NCBI RefSeq assembly: GCF_000025925.1
Contig: NC_014033.1
Span: 1,740,001 to 1,772,000 of the forward strand
Length of the DNA: 32,000 nt
Source of the DNA: Xylanibacter ruminicola 23
GTDB taxonomy: Bacteria; Bacteroidota; Bacteroidia; Bacteroidales; Bacteroidaceae
Direction of reading: 5' to 3'
Shown: positions 8,038-16,941 of the stretch, one piece after another
Position numbering within the stretch: the first letter of the stretch is position 1
Layout: the number at the start of each line of letters is the position of its first letter
Made by a program: the position numbers and the translations under genes
Notes under the pieces: generated by a model
What the model was told of the DNA's origin: nothing
The model's database searches: none
The model's input: only the letters and a program-made list of their open reading frames with translations

Positions 8038-11000
8038 ATGAATCATCAAATCAAAAGAGCCTCTATGGCTTTGCTTTTGTCTGTGTTCTGCTTCGTGGCC
8101 TATGCCCAGAAGACTATCACAGGTACAGTGAAGGATGCATCAGGTGAACCTATGATTGGTGTAAGCGTAGTTGTCGATGGTACCACTATCGGTGGTGTAA
8201 CCGACTTCGACGGTAATTTCACCATTCAGAACGTATCTGAAAAGGCCGTCCTGAAGATTTCTTACATCGGTTTCAAGGAGCAGAAGATTTCTGTAGCCGG
8301 TAAGAACAGTTTTAACGTTACCATGCAGGAAGATGCTGCTGCCCTCGACGAGGTGGTAGTAGTAGGTTATGGTACGATGAAGAAGAAGGACCTGACCGGT
8401 TCGGTTGCTTCGGTTAAAACCGAGGATCTGGCTAAGGTGGCAGGTGCCAACGCCCTTTCGGCCATGCAGGCCAAGGTGCCTGGAGTTGACCTCCAGCAGA
8501 GTGGCGGTGGTGAGGCCGGTGCCGGTGTGAGCATGACCCTGCGCGGTAACCGTTCACTGTTGGCTGGTAACGGACCACTGGTTATCGTGGATGGTGTAGA
8601 GTATGGTTCTACCCTCGACATCCCAGCTACCGATATCGAGTCGATGGATATCCTGAAGGATGCTGCCTCTACCGCTATCTATGGTACCAAGGGTGCTAAC
8701 GGTGTTATCCTGATTACCACCAAGCGTGGTTCGGCCGGTAAGACCAAGGTTAGCTTCAACGGCTACCTCTCATTCAACGGTGCCACAGGTATTGTTAAGC
8801 CAATGTATGGCGACAAGGAAGTACAGCGCCTGATTGACAAGAAGAACTACGAGACAGCCGCTGCCAATGGCTGGGCCTTCAGCAACACAGCTACTGCTGC
8901 CGACGTGCTGACCTTCAAACTGGATGATGGTACAGAGACCCTGTCTATCTACAATGACAAGTCATATACCGACTGGCTCGATATGATTCTTGACAACAGC
9001 GTATCTCAGAACTATGAAGTATCTGTTCAGGGTGGTAACGAGAAGACCAACTTCAATGTGTCGATGGCCGCTATGGATGATAAAGGTTTGATGAAGGGTG
9101 ATGAGTTCAACCGTTACACCGGCCGCATCAACCTGGATCACAATATCAACCGCATCGTGAAGATTGGCGCCAGCCTCTCTTACACTTACAAGAGCAACGA
9201 CAAGCGTAACGGCGGTGTTTATAACCAGGCTCAGAAGATGACCACCATCACTCACGCCTATCTGAATGACGGTTCTATCAACGCTACTCCTAACCCATGG
9301 TATGCAGCTCACTGCTCACCTCTGCTCGACGAGGATGGCGCTTACCAGCGCAATATCGAGAGCAGCCGTTTCTTCGGCAGTGGTTATCTGCAGCTCAATC
9401 CTATCAAGGGTCTGATCGTGAAGTCGCAGTTCACACTCGACCGCAGCACCTCGCGCACAGGTACCTATCAGGACTACCACAGCCAGGCACGCTATCAGTC
9501 GCCTACCACTACTTATATTGCCAACGACCGCAGCACTGGTACCAAGTATGTATGGCAGAACACTGCTAACTACAACAAGACCATTGCTAAGCACGATATG
9601 ACCTTCCTGCTGGGTCATGAGATGTCGCAGTACGTATCTGAGAGCAGCAGCATCTCTGGTGTTGCCGGTTCTGAGAGCTACAAGAAGAGCGGCTTCTACG
9701 ATGTCAGCAAGATTCAGTCACCTCTTGTAAGCACAGGCTACACCAAGAGCTCTATGCTTTCATTCTTTGCCCGTGCCAACTACTCATACGATGGCAAGTA
9801 CCTGTTGCAGGCATCGGTTCGTGCCGATGGTTCTTCAGTACTCGCCGAAGGTCACAAGTGGGGTTACTTCCCATCAGTAAGTGCCGGTTGGCGTATCTCC
9901 GAGGAGAAGTTCATGCAGGGCACCAAGTCATGGCTCGACAACCTGAAGTTCCGCGTATCTTGGGGTCTCTCTGGCAACTCAGCCATCTCTGCCTACCAGA
10001 CACTGGCCACCATCCAGAGCATCGTGCCAAACTCTACCGACAAGGCTCCTATGACCATGGCTAATCCTAACCTGACATGGGAGAAGACCGCCGCCCTCGA
10101 CTTTGGTCTCGACTTCTCGTTCCTCAATGGTCGCATCTATGGAGGTATCGACTACTATAACAGCAAGACCTACGACCTGCTGTACTACAAGACCGCTCCT
10201 GCCTCATCGGTATTCACCAGCACTATCTCTAATGTTGGTAAGACCAAGGGCCACGGTCTCGAGATTTCACTCGGTGCAGTACCCGTTAAGACCAACGACT
10301 TTACTTGGGATCTGAGCGCATCGGCTACCTTTGCCCGCGACGAGGTTTCTGAGTTGGCCGACGGTATCGAGCAGGTAGTATCAGGCACCAGCATCCTGAA
10401 GATTGGCGAGCCTGTTTCAGCTTTCTACAGCTACGACATGGACGGCTGCTGGGGCATTGGCGAGTTCGACAAGTATCTGGCTGCTCACCCCAACTTCGAG
10501 AAGCCACAGGCCGACTACGGTGATCCTGGTACACCAAAGGTGATTGACGTAAACGGCGACGACAAGATCGACGATAGCGATAAGATTATCTACAACCGCT
10601 CGCCCAAGGCTATTCTTGGTTTGAACACCACCTTCACTTACAAGGACTTCTCACTGAGCGTTCAGACCATGGCCCGCTTGGGTGGCTACCTGAACTACAG
10701 CGGTTACGGACTCTATCTGTACGACAACGCCAACTGGGGCGACCTGAGCTACTGGACACCAGAGAACCAGGGTGCCGACATCCCATCTCCAGGTGCCACA
10801 GGTGCTACTCCTACATTCTACAAGAGCGCCATTCAGATTCAGAAGGCCGACTACTTCAAGATTAAGGACATCACCCTGTCGTACAACCTTCCCAAGAACC
10901 TCATCAAGAAGGTTTACATGAGCAATGTTCGCATTTACGGTTCACTCAAGAACTACTTCACATTCAGTCACTTCGACAACTACGACCCAGAGCGTGGCGG

Positions 11001-11058
11001 TTCAGTCAACTTCCCACTGATGAAGCAGGTTGTAGTAGGTCTTAACGTAACTTTCTAA
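8038..11058 (+). CDS. SusC-like TonB-dependent outer-membrane transporter
   Basis: 1006 aa with a signal peptide and a carboxypeptidase-regulatory-like N-domain (ITGTVKDASGEPMIGVSVVV..TDFDGNFTI). Plug/TonB-box blocks are DEVVVVGYGTMKKKDLTGSV and ILKDAASTAIYGTKGANGVILITTKRG. The C-terminus ends ..GLNVTF. A SusD-like gene follows immediately. Confidence 0.9.
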   Translation: MNHQIKRASMALLLSVFCFVAYAQKTITGTVKDASGEPMIGVSVVVDGTTIGGVTDFDGNFTIQNVSEKAVLKISYIGFKEQKISVAGKNSFNVTMQEDAAALDEVVVVGYGTMKKKDLTGSVASVKTEDLAKVAGANALSAMQAKVPGVDLQQSGGGEAGAGVSMTLRGNRSLLAGNGPLVIVDGVEYGSTLDIPATDIESMDILKDAASTAIYGTKGANGVILITTKRGSAGKTKVSFNGYLSFNGATGIVKPMYGDKEVQRLIDKKNYETAAANGWAFSNTATAADVLTFKLDDGTETLSIYNDKSYTDWLDMILDNSVSQNYEVSVQGGNEKTNFNVSMAAMDDKGLMKGDEFNRYTGRINLDHNINRIVKIGASLSYTYKSNDKRNGGVYNQAQKMTTITHAYLNDGSINATPNPWYAAHCSPLLDEDGAYQRNIESSRFFGSGYLQLNPIKGLIVKSQFTLDRSTSRTGTYQDYHSQARYQSPTTTYIANDRSTGTKYVWQNTANYNKTIAKHDMTFLLGHEMSQYVSESSSISGVAGSESYKKSGFYDVSKIQSPLVSTGYTKSSMLSFFARANYSYDGKYLLQASVRADGSSVLAEGHKWGYFPSVSAGWRISEEKFMQGTKSWLDNLKFRVSWGLSGNSAISAYQTLATIQSIVPNSTDKAPMTMANPNLTWEKTAALDFGLDFSFLNGRIYGGIDYYNSKTYDLLYYKTAPASSVFTSTISNVGKTKGHGLEISLGAVPVKTNDFTWDLSASATFARDEVSELADGIEQVVSGTSILKIGEPVSAFYSYDMDGCWGIGEFDKYLAAHPNFEKPQADYGDPGTPKVIDVNGDDKIDDSDKIIYNRSPKAILGLNTTFTYKDFSLSVQTMARLGGYLNYSGYGLYLYDNANWGDLSYWTPENQGADIPSPGATGATPTFYKSAIQIQKADYFKIKDITLSYNLPKNLIKKVYMSNVRIYGSLKNYFTFSHFDNYDPERGGSVNFPLMKQVVVGLNVTF

Positions 11059-11079
11059 ATCAAATAATTGATTATCGAT

Positions 11080-13194
11080 ATGAAAAAGATATATAGTATG
11101 TTATTTGCTGCCGCTGCCATCAGCTTCGGCGCAACCTCCTGCTCCGACTTCCTGGACGAGGACAACAAGACCGGTGAGACTGCCGACCTGGCCTACAACA
11201 CCGTATCGGGTATCGACGGACTCATCCAGTCGGCTTATACCTACACACACGGTTGGTGGGGTAAGGAGCCATCACTGGGTCTTGCAGAAATGGGCTCAGA
11301 CCTGTTCTACTTTGGCTACGACAACAAGCAGAAGTCGATGCTGAAATACGATATCTCTGCCGAGGCTCTTGGTAGCAACGTAGCCGACAACCCTTGCTTG
11401 GACGAGTACTGGGAGATGTTCTACGCTGGCGTGGATGTATGTAACAACGCCCTGAAGTATGTGCCCGAGTGCAGCGTTATCGACGATAACAAGAAGGCCG
11501 CCTACCTGGGCGATGCTTACTTCCTGCGCGCTCTGTACTACTCTCAGATGGTAGCTATGTGGGGACCAATCCCTTACAATGCCGAGCCCATCAACGCGAT
11601 TAACAACAACCCTGTTCGTGTGCCCGAGGCTGAGGTTTATGGTAACATCCTGAACGACCTGAAGCAGGCCATGGACAACTATAAGAAGGCAAACATCATG
11701 GATGGCAAGTCGGCCACTGCCGATGGTCGTGCCTACTACTATTCAGCCGAGGCCCTCTATGCCCGCGTAGCCCTCTACGCTGCATCTTGGTTGGGTGCCA
11801 ATGCCGTTAGCGGTTATGGCAATCTCTATACCGAGGCTCTGAATGCTGCCAATGATGTGATCAACAACTCTGGCGCGAAGTTCTACAGCCGTTTCAGCGA
11901 CACTTGGAATATGAACAATGAAGAGGCAACCACCAATACCGAGAACCTCTTTGCCGTTCACTACTCTAACGATCTGAACGCCGGTCGCGACAACTGCGTA
12001 CCTTACCGTTTCTCAAGCGAGGGTACTGGCAATTTCAACTCACTCATCACCCGTACCGGTTATGGTCGTAACGGTGGTAGTGCCTCACTGCTGATGTTCG
12101 TATCACTCTGGAACAACGGTTGCGACGATATCGGTCCTAACGGACAGAAGAACAACTCTATCTTCTTCCGTATGGCAGCCGGTAAGACCACCATCAAGAG
12201 CAAGAGCACAGGTAAGGATGTTGAGGTTGGTAAGTACTACTCTCCTTACGGCCGTGGCTTCACCCGCTACCTGCCTTCACTCTATCTCTGGCAGATTCTG
12301 GATGAGATCAAGGGTACCGACCAGCGTTACAATGGCACCCTGCTCACCGAATATCGCGTACATCCCGACCTGGCTGGCAATGCTGCCAACTATCCTAAGA
12401 TGGCCGATCAGACTTACAAGACCTACGACGAGGCTTACGCCGAGGATGGTAACTACTTCAACGGTGGTGTGATTGGTATCCAGTACGCCCTGATGGATGG
12501 TAACTCAGCCGAGGGTCAGGCTCTGCAGGCCGAGGCCAAGGACAAGTATCGCTTGCAGTTCGCATTCGGTGGCGACATTCCTGTTTACACCTCTGGCGAT
12601 CCTGCTACAGCCCTGCCTACCGAGGGTGGAAAGGCTAAGAGCGATGTATATGGCGACGCCCGCTACAAGAGCGAGAAGATTGAAGGTCGCCGTTCGTTCC
12701 CTGGCATCAAGAAGTTCCTCGACGATCAGTACGAAGAGGATTATCCTACCTTCGATATCTCACACCGCGACATCATGGTACTGCGCTTAGCCGAGATGTA
12801 CCTGATTAAGGCCGAGGCTGAGCTGGCAACAGGCGGCGATGCCCTGAAGACCATCAACCAGCTGCGTGCAGCCCGCGCCATCGCTGGCAAGGACAACAGC
12901 ATCAGCGGTACTGTAACCATCGAGACTATCCTGAAGGAGCGCGCTATCGAGCTCTGCGGTGAGTACCAGCGCTGGTTCGACCTGAAGCGTACCCACACCC
13001 TGATCGACCACGTGAAGAAGTACAATGCTCAGGCAAGTGGCAACATTGCCCTGAAGCACTACTACCGTCCTATCCCACTCTCTGAGCTGGAGTCGGTTAC
13101 CAACCGTGGCGACGCAGCTGTGACACAGGATGCAGGTGGTGTACTGCAGTACAGCGCAACACAGGAAACCATGTGGCAGAACCCTGGTTATTAA
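11080..13194 (+). CDS. SusD/RagB-like outer-membrane glycan-binding lipoprotein
   Basis: The ATG at 11080 gives the lipoprotein signal MKKIYSMLFAAAAISFGATSC. SusD hallmarks are AYFLRALYYSQMVAMWGPIPY, VLRLAEMYLIKAEA and ERAIELCGEYQRWFDLKR. I do not favour the track start at 11068, which is a TTG. Confidence 0.85.
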   Translation: MKKIYSMLFAAAAISFGATSCSDFLDEDNKTGETADLAYNTVSGIDGLIQSAYTYTHGWWGKEPSLGLAEMGSDLFYFGYDNKQKSMLKYDISAEALGSNVADNPCLDEYWEMFYAGVDVCNNALKYVPECSVIDDNKKAAYLGDAYFLRALYYSQMVAMWGPIPYNAEPINAINNNPVRVPEAEVYGNILNDLKQAMDNYKKANIMDGKSATADGRAYYYSAEALYARVALYAASWLGANAVSGYGNLYTEALNAANDVINNSGAKFYSRFSDTWNMNNEEATTNTENLFAVHYSNDLNAGRDNCVPYRFSSEGTGNFNSLITRTGYGRNGGSASLLMFVSLWNNGCDDIGPNGQKNNSIFFRMAAGKTTIKSKSTGKDVEVGKYYSPYGRGFTRYLPSLYLWQILDEIKGTDQRYNGTLLTEYRVHPDLAGNAANYPKMADQTYKTYDEAYAEDGNYFNGGVIGIQYALMDGNSAEGQALQAEAKDKYRLQFAFGGDIPVYTSGDPATALPTEGGKAKSDVYGDARYKSEKIEGRRSFPGIKKFLDDQYEEDYPTFDISHRDIMVLRLAEMYLIKAEAELATGGDALKTINQLRAARAIAGKDNSISGTVTIETILKERAIELCGEYQRWFDLKRTHTLIDHVKKYNAQASGNIALKHYYRPIPLSELESVTNRGDAAVTQDAGGVLQYSATQETMWQNPGY

Positions 13195-13216
13195 TCCTAT
13201 TATAACCATACAAATA

Positions 13217-13251
13217 AAAAGTAGCTTTCCGACTATCGGGAAGCTACTTTT
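13217..13251. terminator. Bidirectional rho-independent terminator between the convergent PUL arms
   Basis: AAAAGTAGCTTTCC/gactatc/GGGAAGCTACTTTT forms a ~14-bp stem (one G-U). An A-run lies 5' and a T-run 3', so a U-tract follows the stem on either strand. Confidence 0.7.
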
Positions 13252-13294
13252 CGTTTATCAATAAGTTACTTTTTACTGATCAAAAAGCTACTTT

Positions 13295-16108
13295 TCAGGG
13301 CTGCAGGGTTACGGCCATCAATCCGATGATCACATCGTTGGATAGCGTTCGGATGGTGAGCGACTGCAAGCGTTTCTGCTGGTCGAGCTGCATCTCTAAC
13401 ATCTGACCAGCACCACCGGGGATTTCTCTACCGTACTCACCACCAAGCTGGATGATGCTACCTAAGTTACGGCTCACATCGCCCGTGCTGAAGCATACAC
13501 GATACGGACGGGGCTGCGGCGCGTTGAACGCCATGCCGTCCACATAGTAGTCCTGCTCGATGGGGCACCAGTTATCAGGATTACGCAGGGCAAGTGTGTC
13601 GGTCGTACCGTCGGTATAGGTCACAATCACCAAACCGTTGTCAATCCTGCTCTGCATGTGGTTAGTAGAACCAGCCATCAGCAGATAAGCCTTCTGGGCC
13701 TTGCCCTTCAAGGGGATGGTAACGGCATCGGGGTAGTTATCCCACAAACTGGTGTAGATGATGTTCTCACCCTTTTGCGGGGTACTGAAGGGGATGCCAA
13801 CCATGTTAAACACACCGTTCACGATTTTGGTACGGAACACCGAGTCGTTAATCTCAGCAGTCTTCTTAGGATGGCACCACTCACCAATGCCCTGCACGGG
13901 TATCTGCAACGTGGTGGTTTGTGGACGCGGACTGAGATATTGGTTCTTGAAGATATCGCTCACGCTGGCGTTAAAATACTTAGCCAGTTTCACGGGCTGA
14001 TAATCCAAGTCGAACTCTATCACCTGATGCTGGGCTGTGGTGCCCTTGATGTCTCGATACTGACCGCCGGACAGATTCTGACGGAAGATGATTTGCAGAG
14101 GCTGACGGAAGTTCTGGGTGATTTCAACACGCACCTTGCCATTCTTTCGCGTGTACTTGTACGACAGGTAGGGCGTTTTTACGCTGGCACTATCCCACTC
14201 TGCGGGGAACCCCGGACGGATGATGCACTTGCCATCGAGCGCCTGGGGGATGATGCCAAACAAGCCCTGCAACAGCGTTCGACTGCTGATGCCGATGCAA
14301 TCACCAAAGTCGCGATAACACTCACCACGGGCCGCATCGTAATGACTAATCTGTCCGAAGTTGGCCGGACTTTGTCCGTAGTACATCTGATCCATGATGT
14401 TGGCTTTCATCAGCTGGTAGCCCTCGTCGGCACGCCCGGCCTCAAAGTAAGCCAACGCCGTGTGCATCACCTCGGCAGCAGCCACGTTGTTAATGCTCCA
14501 GCTGTAGGGCATCCAGTTGCTGGTTGAGATGGTTTGTAAACCCGACTGCTCCACGGGGATGTGCGGAATGTTACGGGTTACCCAGTTGGTAGCCTGGTAA
14601 GCCTGTTCGGTGGTGCAAGCACCACAGTCAATCGGGGTATAGATGCTCCACACGGCAGGATTATCGTGGGTGCGTTTCAAGCCCATGCCATCCTGATACT
14701 CGGCCCACACGCCTGCTTTCGACAGCCACAAACGCTGGTTCATGGCCTGCAGGATAGCTTCGGCCTCATCACGATAGGGCTGCGCATCCTCGCCAATGAT
14801 TTCGGCGATACGGGCAGCCAACTTGTTGCCGCGATAGTTGTAGGCCGAACTATGAGTAACGGCACCACCACTGTAGTAGAGTGCATCGCTGGCCCAGATG
14901 CAGCAGTAGGCATCGTACAGATGGTCGCCATCGGCATCGTAGTTGCGTTTCTCCCATGCCAGATGCGACTTGAGTACAGGCCACATCTTACGCATATAAG
15001 CGGTATCGGCATCGTATTGGAAGTGCCACAGCAGCTCGTCGATGTAGTTCAGGTTCATATCGTAATGGTGCATCTGATCATTACGCTCTGGATTTCGACA
15101 GATGTAACCATCGCTGTACATTTGCGTGCCCCAACGCTTCTCGGCACGCGCCATGTTTAACGTTGAATCCTGCGAGGGATGCGGGATGGTGGCAGGCACA
15201 TGGGTTACCTGACTCTTGGCGTAGGCATCAAAATGACTCACTGCCCTATCCTGCCAACCCAACACATCGCCCAAGTAACCGGCACGCCAACCAGCCAGCG
15301 GCATACGCCAACCGATACAACCGTGCAGCCACGTTTGTCCGTCCCAATCGCCATCGGCAGCCAGCACCAGGGCACCACCTAAGGTATTGATGTAGGCATC
15401 GGGCGTAGTAAACTGTATGCGCGCAGCCAACTGCTCGTAATACTGCTGGGCAGCGGCAAACTGCTTGGCACCATCGGCAGCCGCCAGCGGTTTCATCACG
15501 TTCACATCCACCAGCATGTAAGCCGTGTTGCCATCCAGCGCCACTTCGGCGGTTTGTAGCACCTCGCCTTTGGGTTCCAGCACGCCTGGTTTATCGGCAC
15601 CGATATCGCCATTGCGACTGAGCTTAGGCTGAGCAATCTCGCACACCAAAGCCTTGATACGAGCCTTGCCAGCCAATGCGGGCGACGAGAACTGCCAGAT
15701 GGCCGCCTCGCTATCGGGCAAGGCGATGACACGGATGGTTAGCTGCACCCCACCCCAGCCCGTAAGCTGATACGTGCGCTGGCCATCCACGTAGCTGGCC
15801 GTACAAGGACTCACCTGCTCTAGCGGATAGTCGATGCCATCCACCTGAGCCACCAGTCGGATGTTACGATGATAGCCTTTCTTTACCACGGCAAAGATGG
15901 GGCGGTCGCTGGTTTCCAGGCGCCAGTCGGTATGACTGCCGTAGAGAGCACGCGTGTAACGGTTGTTACCATCTGCACAAACAAAAGCGCCCCCCGCACC
16001 TGGCTGGTATTGCAAGGTGCGAGGAGCGGGTGTGCCATGGGTTTGGCACATAGCGGATAGCGGGACCATGCCCACTAGTCCGACTATAGCTATCTGTAGC
16101 TTATTCAT
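13295..16108 (-). CDS. Secreted 937-aa protein of unknown family; candidate glycoside hydrolase (beta-rich N-terminus, helix-rich (alpha/alpha)6-like core, beta-rich C-terminal domain)
   Basis: The start is taken at ATG 16108-16106, giving the signal peptide MNKLQIAIVGLVGMVPLSAMCQ. This ATG overlaps the rhaD stop (TAATG). The 33 extra codons in the track ORF (to 16207) lie inside rhaD and are not signal-like. Core motifs are WLHGCIGWRMPLAGWRAGYLGD and YDAYCCIWASDALYYSGG. The function is inferred from context only. Confidence 0.7.
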   Translation of the reverse strand: MNKLQIAIVGLVGMVPLSAMCQTHGTPAPRTLQYQPGAGGAFVCADGNNRYTRALYGSHTDWRLETSDRPIFAVVKKGYHRNIRLVAQVDGIDYPLEQVSPCTASYVDGQRTYQLTGWGGVQLTIRVIALPDSEAAIWQFSSPALAGKARIKALVCEIAQPKLSRNGDIGADKPGVLEPKGEVLQTAEVALDGNTAYMLVDVNVMKPLAAADGAKQFAAAQQYYEQLAARIQFTTPDAYINTLGGALVLAADGDWDGQTWLHGCIGWRMPLAGWRAGYLGDVLGWQDRAVSHFDAYAKSQVTHVPATIPHPSQDSTLNMARAEKRWGTQMYSDGYICRNPERNDQMHHYDMNLNYIDELLWHFQYDADTAYMRKMWPVLKSHLAWEKRNYDADGDHLYDAYCCIWASDALYYSGGAVTHSSAYNYRGNKLAARIAEIIGEDAQPYRDEAEAILQAMNQRLWLSKAGVWAEYQDGMGLKRTHDNPAVWSIYTPIDCGACTTEQAYQATNWVTRNIPHIPVEQSGLQTISTSNWMPYSWSINNVAAAEVMHTALAYFEAGRADEGYQLMKANIMDQMYYGQSPANFGQISHYDAARGECYRDFGDCIGISSRTLLQGLFGIIPQALDGKCIIRPGFPAEWDSASVKTPYLSYKYTRKNGKVRVEITQNFRQPLQIIFRQNLSGGQYRDIKGTTAQHQVIEFDLDYQPVKLAKYFNASVSDIFKNQYLSPRPQTTTLQIPVQGIGEWCHPKKTAEINDSVFRTKIVNGVFNMVGIPFSTPQKGENIIYTSLWDNYPDAVTIPLKGKAQKAYLLMAGSTNHMQSRIDNGLVIVTYTDGTTDTLALRNPDNWCPIEQDYYVDGMAFNAPQPRPYRVCFSTGDVSRNLGSIIQLGGEYGREIPGGAGQMLEMQLDQQKRLQSLTIRTLSNDVIIGLMAVTLQP

Positions 16109-16941
16109 TAGCAGGGGCGCTTCTTGGGCAGATTGAATGCGTCCTGCACTTCCTTCATCTGTGCGTCGGTCATGCCATCGGGCTCCGAACCCATCGACTT
16201 GGCACACATATAGATGTTGGCTGCCTTACAGAGCACGTCGGTCTGGTCGAAGGCATCCATGATATCGGTACCAACAGCCACGGTGCCATGCTTCTCCCAC
16301 AGCACCACGTCGTGGGTCTTAATCTGCTCGAGTGTAGCCTCGGCCAGTGCTACCGACGATGGCATAGCGTAAGGTACGATACCGATGCCGAGTGGTGCGA
16401 ATGCCAGTGTCTCGGGAATCATCGACCACAGCACGCGTGTCATCTCATCGCCCTTCAGGAAACGCTGGATATGACTCATAGCCACCAGCTCGATGGGGTG
16501 CGTATGCAGGGTAGCCTTGTAGGTAGAACCTGTCTCCAACAGATAGTTGTGCAGCGCCAGGTGTGTGGGCAGCTCCGATGTGGGTGCCACGGGCTCGTCG
16601 GCAATAATCTCGTAGCTGGCGCAGTCGTCGCAGATGCGGATGATACTACCGTTCTGCATAGGCTGCTTAGCCAGATCGCGCATACGCTTGCCTGTACCCT
16701 TGCAATAAAAATACTTTCCCTTAAGCTGAGGCAGTGTCATACCAATCTGCTTCACAGGGGCGATGGCAGGCATCTGCTTGCAGGCATCGTCCATATACTC
16801 GGTTACGTTCACGGTAATGTTACCACCGTTACGCTCAGCCCAACCTTTCTGCCAAAGATAACCTGTTACCTCGGCTATCTGGTCAACAACCGCTTTCAAA
16901 CCTTCGCGGCCGTCCAAAATGCTATTAAACTGTTTCTCCAT
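16108..16941 (-). CDS. rhaD: Rhamnulose-1-phosphate aldolase (class II aldolase)
   Basis: 277 aa that aligns by eye with E. coli RhaD at GWAERNGGNITV, PTSELPTHLALH, LHTHPIELVAMSH and VLWEKHGTVAVG. Confidence 0.9.
   Translation of the reverse strand: MEKQFNSILDGREGLKAVVDQIAEVTGYLWQKGWAERNGGNITVNVTEYMDDACKQMPAIAPVKQIGMTLPQLKGKYFYCKGTGKRMRDLAKQPMQNGSIIRICDDCASYEIIADEPVAPTSELPTHLALHNYLLETGSTYKATLHTHPIELVAMSHIQRFLKGDEMTRVLWSMIPETLAFAPLGIGIVPYAMPSSVALAEATLEQIKTHDVVLWEKHGTVAVGTDIMDAFDQTDVLCKAANIYMCAKSMGSEPDGMTDAQMKEVQDAFNLPKKRPC

Noticed and set aside
13658-15160. Plus-strand ORFs of 289 aa and 199 aa antisense to the 937-aa gene
   Set aside because: They are shadow ORFs with no recognisable motifs, nested within a longer ORF that has a signal peptide and is coupled to rhaD.
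16109-16207. 33-codon N-terminal extension of the 937-aa ORF given in the track (start at 16207)
   Set aside because: The extension lies wholly inside rhaD and encodes a charged, non-signal sequence. The internal ATG at 16108 gives a classical signal peptide and a TAATG junction with rhaD.
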